Source: Candidatus Versatilivorator sp.
GTDB lineage: Bacteria; Acidobacteriota; Terriglobia; Versatilivoradales; Versatilivoraceae
Length of the DNA stretch: 64,000 bases
Assembly: GCA_965198125.1 (NCBI GenBank)
Contig: CBDAOQ010000003.1
Location: 4,554,541-4,618,540, forward strand
Reading direction: 5' to 3'
Part shown: in pieces, positions 1 to 8,539 of the stretch
Numbering within the stretch: the stretch's first letter is position 1
How the letters are laid out: each line of letters starts with the position of its first letter
Translations under genes and position numbers: made by a program
Notes under the pieces: model-generated
The model's input: the letters and a program-made list of their open reading frames with translations, nothing else
Database searches by the model: none
What the model was told of the DNA's origin: nothing

Positions 1-226
1 AAGCCGTGGAGGCGTCCGGGATGAGGATCATATCGCTTTCCTGGATCTCCTGAAAGCCGCGGATGCTCGATCCGTCAAATCCCACGCCCTCTTCAAACAT
101 GTCCTCGTCGACCTCTTTGGATGAGATCGAGAAGTGCTGCCACAGGCCTGGCAAGTCCACAAAGCGCAGGTCAATCATCTTGATGCCTTCGTCGTTGACG
201 AACTTCAAGAGCTCTTTAGGGTTCAT
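1..226 (-). CDS. glnA: Glutamine synthetase type I, 5' part (runs off window start)
   Basis: Manual translation from ATG at 226: MNPKELLKFVNDEGIKMIDLRFVDLPGLWQHFSISSKEVDEDMFEEGVGFDGSSIRGFQEIQESDMILIPD, the classic GSI N-terminus. AAGGAG RBS upstream. Confidence 0.93.
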   Translation of the reverse strand, partial: MNPKELLKFVNDEGIKMIDLRFVDLPGLWQHFSISSKEVDEDMFEEGVGFDGSSIRGFQEIQESDMILIPDASTA

Positions 227-315
227 CGATTACTCCTTGGCGTTAAGGGGTGAAACTTCTTCCCAGGTTGGTTGAGCTTTCGGCTGGGGGAGTGCGGTGG
301 TACTGCGGCAGAACA

Positions 316-364
316 CTACGCCACGCTGCGTAGGCCCCAAGGAACCTGCATGCGGCTTTGCATG
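316..364 (-). promoter_or_regulatory. ANTAR-type dual hexaloop RNA motif in glnA leader
   Basis: Minus strand reads CATGC-AAAGCC-GCATG, 15-nt linker, CTACGC-AGCGTG-GCGTAG. Both loops are 6 nt with A1 and G4 and are closed by C-G. Confidence 0.65.
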
Positions 365-381
365 AGCCCGAAAAGAGCCGA

Positions 382-410
382 ATCTTAAGCAGAAACGGCC
401 AGGTTGTCAA
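382..410 (-). promoter_or_regulatory. Sigma70-type promoter for glnA
   Basis: TTGACA-17 bp-TAAGAT on the minus strand. Confidence 0.7.
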
Positions 411-422
411 GAGGCAAAACGC

Positions 423-926
423 TCAGACCGAGAAGGTCGTTTTGACCTGTTCGGACTTGGTCCGGATCTTGTCGGCCAAAGCCTGCTTGTGCCGCGCCAA
501 ACGGTCCGTCAGCACGGGGTCGGAGGTGGCCAGGATTTGAGTGGCAAAAATGGCTGCATTGACCGCTCCGGCTTTTCCCACAGCCATGGTGCCGACCGGC
601 ACGCCACCCGGCATCTGTACGGTAGCCAGCAAGGCATCAAAACCAACCAGAGGACTGCTGTTCACCGGAACCCCGATCACGGGAAGAACGGTTTCCGCGG
701 CTGTGACGCCCGCCAGGTGGGCAGCCCCTCCCGCGCCGGCAATGATGCACTTCAGCCCCCTTGCCGCCGCGGTTCGGGCGTACTCCGAGGCCCTTGCCGG
801 CGAACGATGAGCGGAACAGATATCAATTTCGAAAGGAATGCCGAACTCCTTGAGCTGCCGGGCGGCTTCTCCCATTATCTTCAGATCAGAGTCACTCCCC
901 ATGATGATACCGACGACCGGTTCCAT
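423..926 (-). CDS. purE: N5-CAIR mutase
   Basis: VGIIMGSDSD, SAHRSP, AGAGGAAHLAG and VQMPGGVPV motifs. Confidence 0.96.
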   Translation of the reverse strand: MEPVVGIIMGSDSDLKIMGEAARQLKEFGIPFEIDICSAHRSPARASEYARTAAARGLKCIIAGAGGAAHLAGVTAAETVLPVIGVPVNSSPLVGFDALLATVQMPGGVPVGTMAVGKAGAVNAAIFATQILATSDPVLTDRLARHKQALADKIRTKSEQVKTTFSV

Positions 927-1024
927 AATTACACCCTCCACGGTTGGTCCAGAATACAGTTCTCGACAACAGAACTCCCCAACACAGGGCCCGGGCCTGC
1001 CTGTCGGCCGGTGGCCACACCCCT

Positions 1025-2299
1025 CTAATTCAATCCCTGGCTCCCGATATCGCTCCGGTAGCGCATCTGCTCGAATCGCACGCTCTTGAGGGCACGGTAA
1101 ACCCGGGCGATAGCCGAAGGGAGATCCATTTCCTTGGCCGTGACTCCCAGAACGCGGCCTCCGGCGGTCACCGGTTGCCCGTCCTTCAAGAGTGTGCCGG
1201 CGTGGAACACCTTGACTCCTTCCATGGCGTCGGCATCGGCAATCCCTCGAATGCGCCGGCCGGTCCGATACTTTCCGGGGTAACCTCCCGAGGCCATCAC
1301 CACGCAGACACTACAGTCCGAATCCCAGGTTAGCTGCACCGAATCCAGAGTCTGTCCGTCGATGGCCTGCAGCACCTCCACCAAGTCATTCTCCAGCCGG
1401 AACAGAACCGGCTGGGCCTCGGGATCCCCCAGACGGACATTGTACTCCAAGACCTTGATGCCATCGTCCGTCAGCATCAGGCCCACATACAGAATCCCCC
1501 GGAAGGGCGTTCCCTCGGCCGCCATGCCGCGGATGGTGGGCTCGACAATGGTTTGGAGGACCTCCCTCTGTTGCTCTGGAGATAGGATTCCATCGGCCGA
1601 GTAGGCGCCCATGCCGCCAGTGTTCGGGCCTCGATCGTGGTCAAAGGCCCTCTTGTGATCCCGGGAAGGAACCATGGGCAGGAAATGCTTTCCATCGGAA
1701 AAAACCAGAAAAGAGGCTTCCCGGCCCGTCAGGCACTCTTCCAGCAACACGTTCTCCCCGGCCTCACCAAAGACCCGCTCCTTCATCATCCGCTCGACCG
1801 TCAATTCGGCTTCCTGCCGATCCCGGGCAATGACCACTCCCTTCCCCGCCGCCAGACCGTCGGCCTTGATGACCAGCGGAAAGCCCATCTCGGCCCGGCC
1901 GATAGCCCCCAATGCCTCCGTCAAGGAAGTGCAGGTCAAACAGGCCGCGGTGGGTACCTGGTGTCGCTTCATGAACTCCTTGGCAAAAATCTTGCTTCCC
2001 TCAAGACGGGCGGCGGCGGCGGCGGGTCCGATGATCGAGAGCCCGTGGGACTTGAACCGATCCACGATGCCCAGGGCCAGGGGCAGCTCCGGTCCGACAA
2101 CGGTAAGATCGATGCGGTGCTCGAGGGCGAATTGCGTCAATCCCGGCAGGTCATCCACCGCCAAGGGGACATTCACGGCAATGGAAGCCGTTCCACCGTT
2201 TCCGGGGGCACAGTAGACTCTGTTGACCCGGGGCGAACGACCGATTTTCCAGGCGAGCGCGTGCTCGCGCCCTCCCGATCCAATGACGAGAATATCCAT
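1025..2299 (-). CDS. purD: Phosphoribosylamine-glycine ligase
   Basis: MDILVIGSGGREHALAW start, KADGLAAGKGV, GPNTGGMGAY, EYNVRLGDPE. Confidence 0.96.
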   Translation of the reverse strand: MDILVIGSGGREHALAWKIGRSPRVNRVYCAPGNGGTASIAVNVPLAVDDLPGLTQFALEHRIDLTVVGPELPLALGIVDRFKSHGLSIIGPAAAAARLEGSKIFAKEFMKRHQVPTAACLTCTSLTEALGAIGRAEMGFPLVIKADGLAAGKGVVIARDRQEAELTVERMMKERVFGEAGENVLLEECLTGREASFLVFSDGKHFLPMVPSRDHKRAFDHDRGPNTGGMGAYSADGILSPEQQREVLQTIVEPTIRGMAAEGTPFRGILYVGLMLTDDGIKVLEYNVRLGDPEAQPVLFRLENDLVEVLQAIDGQTLDSVQLTWDSDCSVCVVMASGGYPGKYRTGRRIRGIADADAMEGVKVFHAGTLLKDGQPVTAGGRVLGVTAKEMDLPSAIARVYRALKSVRFEQMRYRSDIGSQGLN

Positions 2300-2333
2300 G
2301 GCTGTGGCGTCACCGATGGGGCCTGCCCTAAGG

Positions 2334-3215
2334 TCAGTCCGGTCGTTGTGACGGATGCAGGGGCAGCACCTCATTGAGGGCGCCCGAGCGAAAACCTTCC
2401 AGATCGAGGGTGATGAACGTGAAGCCCAGCGCCTTGAACTCCTTGGTCAAAAGGGCGGCCATCGCCACGTCCAGAGCCTTGGGCAATTCTTCCGGGGAGA
2501 ACTCCAGTCGGACCAGTGTTTCGTGATATCGCACCCGAAAAATCTTGAACCCGAAGTGCCGCAGGATCTCTTCGCCGCGTTCCACCAGCGATAGCTTCTC
2601 CGGGGTAATGGAAGTGCCGTAGGGAAATCGGGAAGAGAGACAAGGTAAGGCAGGTTTGTTCCAGGTAGGCAGTCCGGCCCGCCGGGAGAGCTCTCGGATG
2701 TCGATTTTGTTCATTTCGGCATCCGAAAGCGGACTGTGAACCAGATATTGCGCGGCGGCACGCCGCCCCGGCCGAAAATCGCTGCGGTCGTCCCGATTGG
2801 TTCCATCGACCACCGCCCGAAAGCCTTTTTCACGGGCCAGCCCTTGCAGCTTCGAGAACAGTTCGCTCTTGCAGAAATAACACCGTTCCGGCGAGTTTTC
2901 CCGGTACCGGGAATCGTCGACTTCGTTGGTGCGAATCTCCAGATGGCGAAGATGAAAGCGAGAGACGAATTCGCTCGTTTCCTTCCTTTGAAATGCAGGA
3001 TAGGAGGGGCTGATGGCGGTGACGCAGAGGGCCTGGTCGCCCAGGACGCGGTTGGCCATGTAGGCCAGGTAGGCACTGTCCACCCCTCCGCTGAAGCCCA
3101 CCACTACTGACTCCAATTCCCTCAGAATCTCACTGAGCCGCTGCTCCTTGGCGGCCACCTCGGGGCTGGTCAAGACCTTGGCTGTTCCCATGACTGGCTC
3201 GGTCACCGGTCTCAC
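2334..3215 (-). CDS. larE: LarE-family ATP-dependent sulfur transferase
   Basis: PP-loop FSGGVDS, RCYFCK, DFRPG, PCLSSRFPYG, DLEGFRSG. Start uncertain (3215 or 3191). Confidence 0.85.
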   Translation of the reverse strand: MRPVTEPVMGTAKVLTSPEVAAKEQRLSEILRELESVVVGFSGGVDSAYLAYMANRVLGDQALCVTAISPSYPAFQRKETSEFVSRFHLRHLEIRTNEVDDSRYRENSPERCYFCKSELFSKLQGLAREKGFRAVVDGTNRDDRSDFRPGRRAAAQYLVHSPLSDAEMNKIDIRELSRRAGLPTWNKPALPCLSSRFPYGTSITPEKLSLVERGEEILRHFGFKIFRVRYHETLVRLEFSPEELPKALDVAMAALLTKEFKALGFTFITLDLEGFRSGALNEVLPLHPSQRPD

Positions 3216-3244
3216 TCGCGGAAGGGCTGCAACCCTTTGATTCG

Positions 3245-4294
3245 CTACAGAAGACGTAAAACGGATTCTAGCACGTCGATTGACCTTCTGTACTCGTCAA
3301 TCTCGACGTGCTCCTGAGGGGTATGGTCCAGGCTGGAATCGCCGGGACCATAGGCCACCATGGGGCACTTCCAGTACGGCGCCACCACGTTCATGTCTGC
3401 GGTCCCGGTCTTCAGTTTGAATTTCGGCCGACCCTTTAAATCACGGATCGACCTGAGGAACGACCTGACCAGAGGGTTCGACTTGTCCCGCCTTACCGCA
3501 GCCTCGCGTCCCGAGAACGAGACTTGAGCCGGTTCGGCCGTCCGCAGCAAAAAGTCTTCCAGGGATTGCAGGGAAAAGTTCATCGGAATTCGGAATCCCA
3601 ATCGCAAGTCGGCTGTTTCATGGATGCCGTCGCTGCTGGAATTGAAGGAGCGGAGAGACGCTTGCAGACCCTCGAAAATCGACGCCCCCGTATTGAAGCG
3701 GTCACACCAGCGCCGGACTTCGCTCCAGTAGTCGACCGCCTGTTCACACGCCGACTGTCCCTGACCCGCCGTGTGCCTGAGCGGAACCTGCAGCCGATAG
3801 TCCACCAGCAATCGTCCCTTGTACCCCAGGGTCACCGCATTCCAGCCACTGGGTTCACCGATCACGCAAAAGTCGGGCGGGTCGAGGTCCGACAGCGCTT
3901 GCCGCGCGCCCCGAGAGGTGGCCGACTCCTCCTCCACGGCGCCGACGATCACGATCTTCTTCCCCTGCCTGTTGAGTTGCTGCTTCAAGCGATGGGCGGA
4001 GGAGATAAAACAGGCCATCGGACCTTTGGCGTCCACCGAGCCCCTGCCATAGAGTCGGCCGCCTTCGATCCTGACGGGGAGATCCCCGGCTACCGTGTCG
4101 ATATGCCCCAGAAGCACAATGGTCTTGGGCCCATCCCCCGCAATTCCAATAGCGTTGCTCACTCCATCCCGGTAGGACCGAAACCCCATGGACTGCATGG
4201 TGTCGACCAGAAAGCAGGCCAGCCGAGACTCCTGCCCGGACGGACTGGGAATGCTCACCATCTGCTGCAACAACTGCAGTTCGGAATCGGCCAT
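3245..4294 (-). CDS. lysK: [LysW]-lysine/ornithine hydrolase (M20 family)
   Basis: LGHIDTV, GRGSVDAKG, VEEE, GEPSGW, LGYKG, TGTADMN, YGPGDSSLDHTP; adjacent to lysJ. Confidence 0.85.
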   Translation of the reverse strand: MADSELQLLQQMVSIPSPSGQESRLACFLVDTMQSMGFRSYRDGVSNAIGIAGDGPKTIVLLGHIDTVAGDLPVRIEGGRLYGRGSVDAKGPMACFISSAHRLKQQLNRQGKKIVIVGAVEEESATSRGARQALSDLDPPDFCVIGEPSGWNAVTLGYKGRLLVDYRLQVPLRHTAGQGQSACEQAVDYWSEVRRWCDRFNTGASIFEGLQASLRSFNSSSDGIHETADLRLGFRIPMNFSLQSLEDFLLRTAEPAQVSFSGREAAVRRDKSNPLVRSFLRSIRDLKGRPKFKLKTGTADMNVVAPYWKCPMVAYGPGDSSLDHTPQEHVEIDEYRRSIDVLESVLRLL

Positions 4295-4385
4295 GTCCAG
4301 CCTCGAAGAAACTTATTTGAAACAACGCCTTGTGCCGCGTGGCGGGAAACCCGTTCAACGTCAAGCATAGTTAGACGGCTAATTG

Positions 4386-4592
4386 ACATGGATGCACAGG
4401 ATGCACAGGATTATTTGGCGAGAGTTTCCACCGTCATGAGTTCAACCATCGCCTCTGTTCCAACACGGATTTCCCAAAACCCGCTCCCGGGCGCTTGGAT
4501 CACTTCCAACACCCACCCGATCATCGAGCGGGTCTGCTTCCTGTGGCGCAGCCTCTCCTGCTGTTTATCCTGTCTATCCTGTGTATCCATGT
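4386..4592. repeat. Inverted 'ACATGGAT-ACAGGAT-ACAGGAT' arms enclosing a GxxExxY N-terminal remnant
   Basis: 4386-4411 ACATGGATGCACAGGATGCACAGGAT is inverted to 4567-4592. Interior minus-strand translation MDTQDRQDK...RSMIGWVLEVIQAPGSGFWE resembles the GxxExxY N-terminus. Confidence 0.7.
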
Positions 4593-4760
4593 TCAATAAG
4601 TAGAAAACCGGTTTAGCACGACTGGGCCTTGTTCCCGACAGGCCATGAAGATTCGTTGTTTCACCCTCGTATGATCCGCACGGCAGGCCCGGGGCTTGAC
4701 TTGTCTCCAACCGGGCGCAGACACACCCCTGGCCGTGCAGCTGTTGCGACATCCTGACGA

Positions 4761-5936
4761 TCACTTCAAGACCTCAGCCGTCAGCTCAACGACTCGATCC
4801 AGGTCTTCCTGTTCAATGACCAGGGGAGGCAAAAAGCGAATCACCGTCGGACCCGCGGCCAGCGCCAGCACCCCTCGTTCCATGAGCTTGAAGATGTAGG
4901 GCCCACACTTCTCCTTGAGTTCGACTCCAACCAGGAGACCCAGGCCTCTCACCTCGCGAATTCGAGGGGAACCGATGGATCGAAGTCGCTGCATGAAATG
5001 GGTTCCGAGTCGGTCGGCCCTCCGCGGCAACTCGAAATCCTCCAAGTAACGCATGGCCGCGTTGGCGGCCGCACAAGCCAGGGGATTCCCTCCAAAGGTG
5101 GAGCTGTGGGCCAGCTTGAAGAGTCGGGAGGACACCTCCTGACTCATTCCGGTGGCCCCGATGGGAAGCCCCCCGCCCATGGACTTGGCCAGGCAGAACA
5201 GATCGGGAAACAGATCGAAGTGCTCCGAGGCGAACATGCGGCCGGTTCGGCCAAATCCGGTCTGCACTTCGTCGATGATCAACAGGGCCCCGGTTTCGTT
5301 ACAACGATCCTGCACGTCCAGCAGGAAATCCATGGTACCGGGCCGGACGCCCCCTTCTCCCTGGACGACCTCCACCAGGAATGCCGCCGTACGGTCGGTG
5401 ACGGCCTCGCAGGCTCGTTGCCGATGGTTGAAGGGAACGTGGGTAAATCCTGGGACCAGGGGCTCGAAGGGAACTCGATAGTCCTTGCTCCAGGTGGCGC
5501 TCAGAGCCCCGAAGGTCTTGCCGTGAAACCCGCGCATGGCAGCCACGACCTCTTGCCGTCCGGTAGCCAGGCGGGCAAACTTCAATGCCACCTCTACTGC
5601 CTCAGAGCCGGAGTTACACAAAAAGAACCGTTGGATACTGATCGGCGTGAGCCGCTCCAGATTTTCCAGAAGCCGCGCCCTCTGTTCATGATAAAAGACC
5701 TCATGACACACCAGCAGTTTTTCCAATTGGTCCCGAATGGCCTGGTTCACATAGGGATTTCCATGTCCCAGATTGGCTGCCCCATGGCCGCCCACGCAAT
5801 CGATGAACTCTCTGCCCTCCGCGTCCCACAGGCGGGCTCCCCGTCCGCGAACCAATTCCAGGTCGCGCTTGTAGTAGGTGCCCGCGCCCAATTGTTCTTC
5901 CAGATGTTTAATGGAATCTCTGCCGAAATCGGACAC
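4761..5936 (-). CDS. lysJ: [LysW]-aminoadipate semialdehyde / acetylornithine transaminase (class III PLP)
   Basis: [53 protein letters not shown] start with GGAGG RBS. Confidence 0.8.
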   Translation of the reverse strand: MSDFGRDSIKHLEEQLGAGTYYKRDLELVRGRGARLWDAEGREFIDCVGGHGAANLGHGNPYVNQAIRDQLEKLLVCHEVFYHEQRARLLENLERLTPISIQRFFLCNSGSEAVEVALKFARLATGRQEVVAAMRGFHGKTFGALSATWSKDYRVPFEPLVPGFTHVPFNHRQRACEAVTDRTAAFLVEVVQGEGGVRPGTMDFLLDVQDRCNETGALLIIDEVQTGFGRTGRMFASEHFDLFPDLFCLAKSMGGGLPIGATGMSQEVSSRLFKLAHSSTFGGNPLACAAANAAMRYLEDFELPRRADRLGTHFMQRLRSIGSPRIREVRGLGLLVGVELKEKCGPYIFKLMERGVLALAAGPTVIRFLPPLVIEQEDLDRVVELTAEVLK

Positions 5937-5971
5937 GGTGGTTCACCTCCTCCAGAATAATGGACCTCCGG

Positions 5972-6022
5972 ATCACTCCCCCCTTGAGGGGGAGTCGCAT
6001 AAGACGGTCGAGCCGGTGGGGG
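5972..6022. repeat. REP-like palindrome family 'ATCACTCCCCC(C)TxGAGGGGGAGTC'
   Basis: Hairpin CTCCCCC..GGGGGAG. Related copies near 30741, 31185-31255, 31421 and 45958-46060. Confidence 0.75.
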
Positions 6023-6132
6023 GCCTCCGCCTAGCCTCGTGATTTACAGGGATAATTAACATCGATCCCCTGGCGCCGTTGCCGGTCGACCCCCTTGGAG
6101 ATATGCTTAACCCCACTTAACGAACACTAACC

Positions 6133-6182
6133 GTGTAAACCTTGTTTGCGGTTTATTGTGTAAACCTTGTATGGATTGCACA
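6133..6182. mobile_element. IS481-like terminal remnant (25-bp-period tandem GTGTAAACCTTGT, ending ...CACA)
   Basis: GTGTAAACCTTGT at 6133 and 6158; related end at 31299-31348. Family assignment is inferred. Confidence 0.45.
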
Positions 6183-6214
6183 AAGCCGGGCCGCCAGACT
6201 TCGCAGGAACGAAC

Positions 6215-7231
6215 TCAGAAGGCCTGCAGCTGCGGTGCTGTCACCGGAGCTCTCTGAAAAAACTCCTCGATCCGGTCCATGACTTCCGTCTCACTCCTGG
6301 AGGCATAGATGGCCTTGCGAAGGGCGGCCCCGCGGGGAATGGCGTGGGTAAACCAGGAGGCAAACTGCTTCATTTTCCCAATGGCTCCCGGGGTTTCTTC
6401 CTCGAAAAGCAGTGAAAAGTAACGCTTGATCAGATCGTATTTGTCGCCGGTGTCCGGTAGGGTCATCGGCATACCGCACTCGGTTTCACTGATCTGACGG
6501 AAAATCCAGGGGTTGGTCAAGGCTCCCCGGCCAAGCATGATTCCGTCGCATCCCGTCTCTTTGCGCATCCGCATGGCGTCAGCCGCGGTGACGATATCCC
6601 CGTTACCGATAACGGGAATTTTGAGATGGGCCTTCAGGCGGGCGATTATGCTCCAATCGGCCTTTCCGGAAAACCCCTGCACGCGGGTTCGGGGATGCAG
6701 CGCAATGGCCTCGACACCCAGGTCCTGGGCCATTTGACCGATCTCCAGAGCCACGATCTCCGACTCGCTCCAACCGGAGCGGATTTTGATGGTGAAGGGG
6801 ATCCGCGCCGCCGATCGAATCTCCTTGAGGATTTTCTCCAACAGCGTCCGCTCCCGCAGCAGGGCCGATCCCCCGCAAGCCTTCACCACCTTTTTTGCCG
6901 GGCAGCCCAGGTTGAGATCGATGGCGTCGAAGCCCAAGTCCTCCACCATCCGGGTGGCTTCCGCCAGTCGGCCGGGGTCCGCCCCAAAAAGCTGGGCGGT
7001 GACGGGACGTTCCTCCTCATGGTAGAACAGCATTCTCCGGCTCTTCACCGAGTGGCGGGTAAGGCCCTCGGCACTGGTAAACTCGGTCATGACCAAACCA
7101 CAGCCGCCCAACCGCTTGATCAGGCGGCGAAAGACGCTGTCGGTCAAGCCGGCCATGGGAGAGAGGAAGGTTGCCGGTGTCACCGCAATGTCGCGAATTC
7201 GCAGGATCGAGGCCTGTTCGGTAAGCATCAT
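6215..7231 (-). CDS. dusB: tRNA dihydrouridine synthase B
   Basis: LSPMAGLTD, DLNLGCP, GGSALLR, TIKIRSGW, HPRTR, GNGDI, MLGRGALTNPW. Confidence 0.92.
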   Translation of the reverse strand: MMLTEQASILRIRDIAVTPATFLSPMAGLTDSVFRRLIKRLGGCGLVMTEFTSAEGLTRHSVKSRRMLFYHEEERPVTAQLFGADPGRLAEATRMVEDLGFDAIDLNLGCPAKKVVKACGGSALLRERTLLEKILKEIRSAARIPFTIKIRSGWSESEIVALEIGQMAQDLGVEAIALHPRTRVQGFSGKADWSIIARLKAHLKIPVIGNGDIVTAADAMRMRKETGCDGIMLGRGALTNPWIFRQISETECGMPMTLPDTGDKYDLIKRYFSLLFEEETPGAIGKMKQFASWFTHAIPRGAALRKAIYASRSETEVMDRIEEFFQRAPVTAPQLQAF

Positions 7232-7729
7232 CGGAAGAGTCGCTCAGAGACGCAATCAACTGCCCGCCGGGAAATACCGTCTCTTTCTGCCCACACACAC
7301 GGTGAGCACGATGTGACATTTTACACTGTGCCCGGCCCGTGTTTCTCATCGGATCGCTGGATACAACATGAAAAACAATTTATCTGCCATCCATGTCGAC
7401 CCTTCGATTCTTGTTTCTATCTTTATTGCCGCCACCGGCTGCAGCGGTCCTCTTCAGTCGCTCCAGTCCTGCCATGTCGAGGCACACCCCTTTGAACGGA
7501 CTGATTCGGGAAATCCCTTGGCTGCCACATAAGTCAACTCACTTTGAAAACGCAGCACTAGCGAGACCCGTTCAGGGCCGGTCTGGATTTGCTATCAATC
7601 CCTTCAGTCTCGCCAGGGCGAAGCTGCTTGCAATAGCAGCGGAACTTCATGATGTCGCCGTTGCCCCTGTTCAGTCGCAGGTTTTTTGCAATCGGACCTA
7701 TTCTCCCAAACGAGGAAGTCGGCCAAGGC

Positions 7730-8539
7730 TCATGGGTTCCCACCAGGTCGGGAGCACTTTCCCAACCGGAGCCGATGCTTCCAGAGGAACTTGAGCAAGC
7801 TGAACAGATGATGCCGCTTGGCGCCCAACCTCCATCCCCTGGCGCTGTCCCTGCGATGGCCGTGCACCAGGCAAGCTGCCGGATTGTAGAGCACCTTCCA
7901 GCCCCGGTCCCACATGCTCTTGCACAGGTCCACGTCCTCGAAGTAGAGGAAAAAGCGCTCATCCAGAAGAGCACTCCAATTCACCGCTGCCCTCCGGATC
8001 AACATGGCGGCCCCCAGTCCCCAATCCACTTCAGACAACCTGCGGTGGTCCCAGTCCGCCATCAGATGGCGCTGCAGTTTGGGATGGTTTGACCAGAGAC
8101 GCTGAAACGGGGCGCGCCGCAGCAGCAGGGTGGCAAGCGTGTAAAAACGCCGGCAGGAGTATTGAAGGCTGCCGGCGGGACTGTTGAGTCGGGGCAACGC
8201 CACACCCGCATCGGGGTGCTGCTCCAGAGTGGCTGCCAGGACCTCCAGCGCTCCGGCCCCGACCCGCACATCCGGATTCAGGAGCAACAGATATGGACCC
8301 CGGGATTGACGATATCCCTGGTTCACGGCGGCGGCAAATCCACGGTTGGATCGGTTCTGAATTATTTCGATCCGAGGCAATCCCGGGCCGGAGATGGGAG
8401 CCAGATCTTCAGGACAATCATTGTTGATCACACAGATCTCGTAGTCCAGGTCCCCTGTATTTTGGGCCAGACTGCGAAGGCAGCAGGCAAGCTCGTGTCC
8501 CGACTGGTAGTTGACGATAACGATCGACACCCGGCTCAT
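7730..8539 (-). CDS. GT2 glycosyltransferase (WbbL/rhamnosyltransferase-like)
   Basis: VSIVIVNY, NRGFAAAVNQG, LLLNPD, DERFFLYFEDVDLC; 4-bp overlap with the upstream GT. Confidence 0.9.
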   Translation of the reverse strand: MSRVSIVIVNYQSGHELACCLRSLAQNTGDLDYEICVINNDCPEDLAPISGPGLPRIEIIQNRSNRGFAAAVNQGYRQSRGPYLLLLNPDVRVGAGALEVLAATLEQHPDAGVALPRLNSPAGSLQYSCRRFYTLATLLLRRAPFQRLWSNHPKLQRHLMADWDHRRLSEVDWGLGAAMLIRRAAVNWSALLDERFFLYFEDVDLCKSMWDRGWKVLYNPAACLVHGHRRDSARGWRLGAKRHHLFSLLKFLWKHRLRLGKCSRPGGNP

